Positions 61,111 through 64,000 of a stretch of 64,000 bases of DNA are shown here, one piece after another (the stretch's first letter is position 1; each line of letters opens with the position of its first letter). Made by a program: the position numbers and the translations under genes. The notes below the pieces were generated by a model. That model saw nothing but the letters and a program-made list of their open reading frames with translations. It did not search any database and was not told the DNA's origin. Source of the DNA: Camelus dromedarius (lineage: Eukaryota); assembly GCF_036321535.1 (NCBI RefSeq), contig NC_087436.1, positions 24,616,001 to 24,680,000 on the forward strand. Direction: 5' to 3'.

Positions 61111-61845
61111 CTTTGTTATATTGTGGTATATTCCCTCTAAACCAACTTTGATGAGAGGTTTGTTTTTTTTTTTTATCATGAATGGATGTTTAATTTTTTC
61201 AAATGCTTTTTCTGCATCTATTGAGATGATAGTGATTTTTATGCTTTGTTTTGTTACTGTGGTGTATCATGATGATTGGTTTGTGGATATTGACCCACGC
61301 TTGCATCCTTGGAATAAATCCTACTGGATCATGGTGTATGATCTTTTTTTTATATTGTTGAATTCAGTTTGCTAATATTTTGCCGAGTATTTTTGCATCA
61401 GTATTCAACTGAGATACTAATTTGTAATTTCCTTTTTTTGTATTGTGTTTGTCTTGTTTTGGTATCAGGTAATTGTGGCTTCATAGAATGAATTTGGGTA
61501 TTCCCTCCTCTTCAGTTTTTTGGAATAGTTTGAGAAAGATGAGTATTATCTCTTCTTTATATGTTTGGCAGAATTCCCCTATGAAGCTGTCAGGTCATGG
61601 ACTTTTGTTTGCTGAGAGTTTTTAAATTACAAATTCAATTTCACTACTGGTGATCTGTCTGTTCAGATTGTCTGTTTCTTCCTGATCCAGTCTTGGAAAT
61701 TTGTATGTTTCTAGAAGTTTATCTATGTCTTCTAGTTTGTCCATTTTTTTCTTACAAAACTGTTCATAGTATTCTCTTATGATTTTTTGTACCTCTGTGT
61801 TATCAGTTGTTATTTCTCCTCTTTCATTTATTATTTTGTTTATTG
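61111..61845 (-). mobile_element. L1 ORF2 (RT region) fragment
   Basis: TCAAATGCTTTTTCTGCATCTATTGAGATGAT is the antisense of [10 protein letters not shown]. It covers the same ORF2 region as 47215-47416. Confidence 0.9.
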
Positions 61846-61902
61846 ATATACCACATTTTATCCATTCATCAGTTGATAAAATTTGGGGTTTTCCCCACTC
61901 TG

Positions 61903-62005
61903 GTAGATATTATTACCCTTATTTGATAAGTGAAGAAACAGCCTCAAATTACTCAAGTGATTTATTCATGGTCATATAACCAGTCAGTGCCAGAACTTTA
62001 AATTA
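61903..62005 (-). mobile_element. MIR SINE fragment
   Basis: Contains TATTATTACCCTTATTTGATAAGTGAAGAAACAG...GTGATTTATTCATGGTCATATAAC. Confidence 0.6.
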
Positions 62006-62959
62006 AATTTATAATTTCATAATTTAAAAATATATTTTTTCATATTTTCACTTTCTCCTTGTCTTTTCTTAAAATTAAGGACACCTCAGTATTTATGTTT
62101 ACAAGTATTGCTATTAGCTTGATTCCTTTGATGCTAAGTCATTTTCTTCAATCTGCCTGGGTAAGGACTGAGTTTTTGGGCACAATGAATGTGGTGAGAT
62201 TTATAGACATCTAAAGCCTCAACACAGACATACCCCAAGAAGTTGTACTTTGGAATCCCACTCATTGTCATTGTGCTAACCTGTTAAATTTTGATAGTTT
62301 GGTAGTTGATGACAGTTAAAAAATTCCTGGCTGACATGTTAGTTATGATTTGAAAGCCTGGAGGAGTAAAATGTCTTGAAATTTTTCCTAGTTCTAAATT
62401 TAACAGATTTAGAGAGCTCTCCTTCCTTCTTCAGTATGTTAAATGTGGAAGAATGTCTCAAATGTAAAAACAAACTTGATGCTAATGGTGAACAATAAAG
62501 TTTGTAATTTCGTACTTATTTTAAGATGACTTCGTAACTGGTATTGAGCATAGTTATAATGGATTTATTGAAATTGAATCTGAACAATGCAATAAAAAAA
62601 TCTCTCATATATGGAAGAAAACATCAGTTAATTTAAACGACTCTCCTTGGGACAACGGATCATCTTGCTGTGCCAAATACATTATTAATGTTCAGATGAA
62701 TTGGCCAAAATACTGGATATTCAGCAATATTACTTGCAACCAATGATTTCTGATAGCTGGTTGTAGGGCGAGTGGGAGAAGCTGGATACATATGCTTAAA
62801 TTTCGTAGGGACTTTACATATCAGCTAATTTTTAAGCTTTTCCTTTTATAGTTGGGAAAACGAAGTTCTAGAAATTAAGTTCTTATTCACAGTCACAAAG
62901 TGAAGGTCAGTCTTCTTATGTTCTGCCTTACTAACAACTATCCTTAAAACTCAGCAGAT

Positions 62960-63535
62960 TGTAAAACAGAAAGAGATTCCTGAAAAAATTAAAAATAGAA
63001 CTGCCACATGATCCAGCAATTTAAATTCTAGGTATTTACCTAAAGAAAACAAAAATACTAATTCATCAAGCTATATGTACCTCAATGCTCATTGCAGCAT
63101 TATTTATGATAATCAAGATATGGAATCAACCTAAGTGTCCATTAGATGAATGGATAAAGAAGATGTGGTTTACACAGAAAAAGGAATGTTACTCAGCCAA
63201 ATAAGAATGACACCCTGCCATTTGCAACAATATGAATGGATCCAGCAGGTATTATGCTAAGTGAAATAAGTCAGACAGAGAAAGACAAATACAGTATGGT
63301 TTCACTTATATGTGGAATCTAAAAAACAAAACAAAGCAAAACAAAAGCATACTCATCAATACAGAGAACAAGTGGGAGGTAGCATAGTCAATAATATTGT
63401 AATAACTGTATATGGAGACAGTCACTGGACTTATTATGGTGATCATTTCATAAGGTATGCAAATGTCAAATCACTATGTAATATACCTAAAACTGACATA
63501 ATGCTGTATGTCAACTGTATTTCAATTAAAAAAAG
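62960..63535 (+). mobile_element. 5'-truncated L1 (ORF2 end plus 3' UTR)
   Basis: Contains AAAAATAGAACTGCCACATGATCCAGCAAT...TGAAATAAGTCAGACAGAGAAAGACAAATAC...TTCAATTAAAAAAA. TSD core ACTCAGCAGAT at 62949-62959 and 63536-63546. Confidence 0.93.
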
Positions 63536-63654
63536 ACTCAGCAGATGCCTCGAGCAGGACACACTCCTGACATCCTTCCTCAACGCTCCTTTGATTTTCC
63601 AAAATTTCCAAGCATATCATAACCATCTGTTATATAAACTTGGTTAAATGTGAG

Positions 63655-63732
63655 CTTGGCAATGTTCTGCTTATCTATGTATTCCCAATGTCCAGAACAT
63701 ACCTGAAAATACAATGGATGCTCTATAAATAT
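63655..63732 (+). mobile_element. L2 3' end fragment
   Basis: Contains TGTATTCCCAATGTCCAGAACATACCTG...GCTCTATAAATAT. Confidence 0.55.
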
Positions 63733-64000
63733 CACATTTCCACGACACTCTTCCAGTGTCCTTTTCTGTTTTTCGGTCTCATGGTCCAGGCGAGAGTTTT
63801 TCTGTTTATAGCAATGGGACAGTTTCCTCCCCAGTAGCATCTTACAGAAAACCACAGTGCATAAGACAGATAATAGAAGAGCTGGCTTGATGAAACAGGA
63901 ACCAGGAAGCCAGATGCCAGGCTTTTTGGCCTTCCCTCTCATGGCTCTGCAGCAGGGGTTCAGGGGAAGAAGATACATCTCAGAGGGGTGCCAAGGCTCA

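Noticed and set aside
1..64000. A novel multi-gene, defence or CRISPR-like system
   Set aside because: This is mammalian repeat-rich non-coding DNA with no gene cluster and no repeat-spacer array. All direct repeats have only two units or are TSDs or microsatellites.

Overview
This window is CpG-depleted, repeat-rich mammalian genomic DNA, and it looks non-coding (intronic or intergenic). I recognise no protein-coding exon, RNA gene, CRISPR array or operon. The ORFs on the supplied track are chance ORFs, simple-repeat translations or decayed LINE fragments. The young SINEs are five tRNA-Ala(AGC)-derived elements that match my recollection of the camelid Vic-1 family, and I saw no Alu, B1, Bov-A, PRE-1 or SINEC elements, so the source is probably a camelid (camel, alpaca or llama). 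Other repeats are 5'-truncated L1s (many with readable target-site duplications, TSDs), MaLR (MLT1) solo LTRs, hAT MITEs (MER58A, MER5-like), MIR, L2, L3/CR1 and microsatellites. About 12 of 14 L1 pieces and 4 of 5 LTRs lie on the minus strand, which suggests a large intron of a + strand gene. The best leads are modest: an L1 with a probable microhomology-mediated internal deletion of about 3 kb, candidate CTCF sites, a GATA-motif cluster, a candidate in-frame microexon and back-to-back L3 fragments. I found no supportable evidence of a previously undescribed biological system. Repeat subfamily names come from remembered consensus sequences, not from a search, and boundaries are approximate unless a TSD is given.
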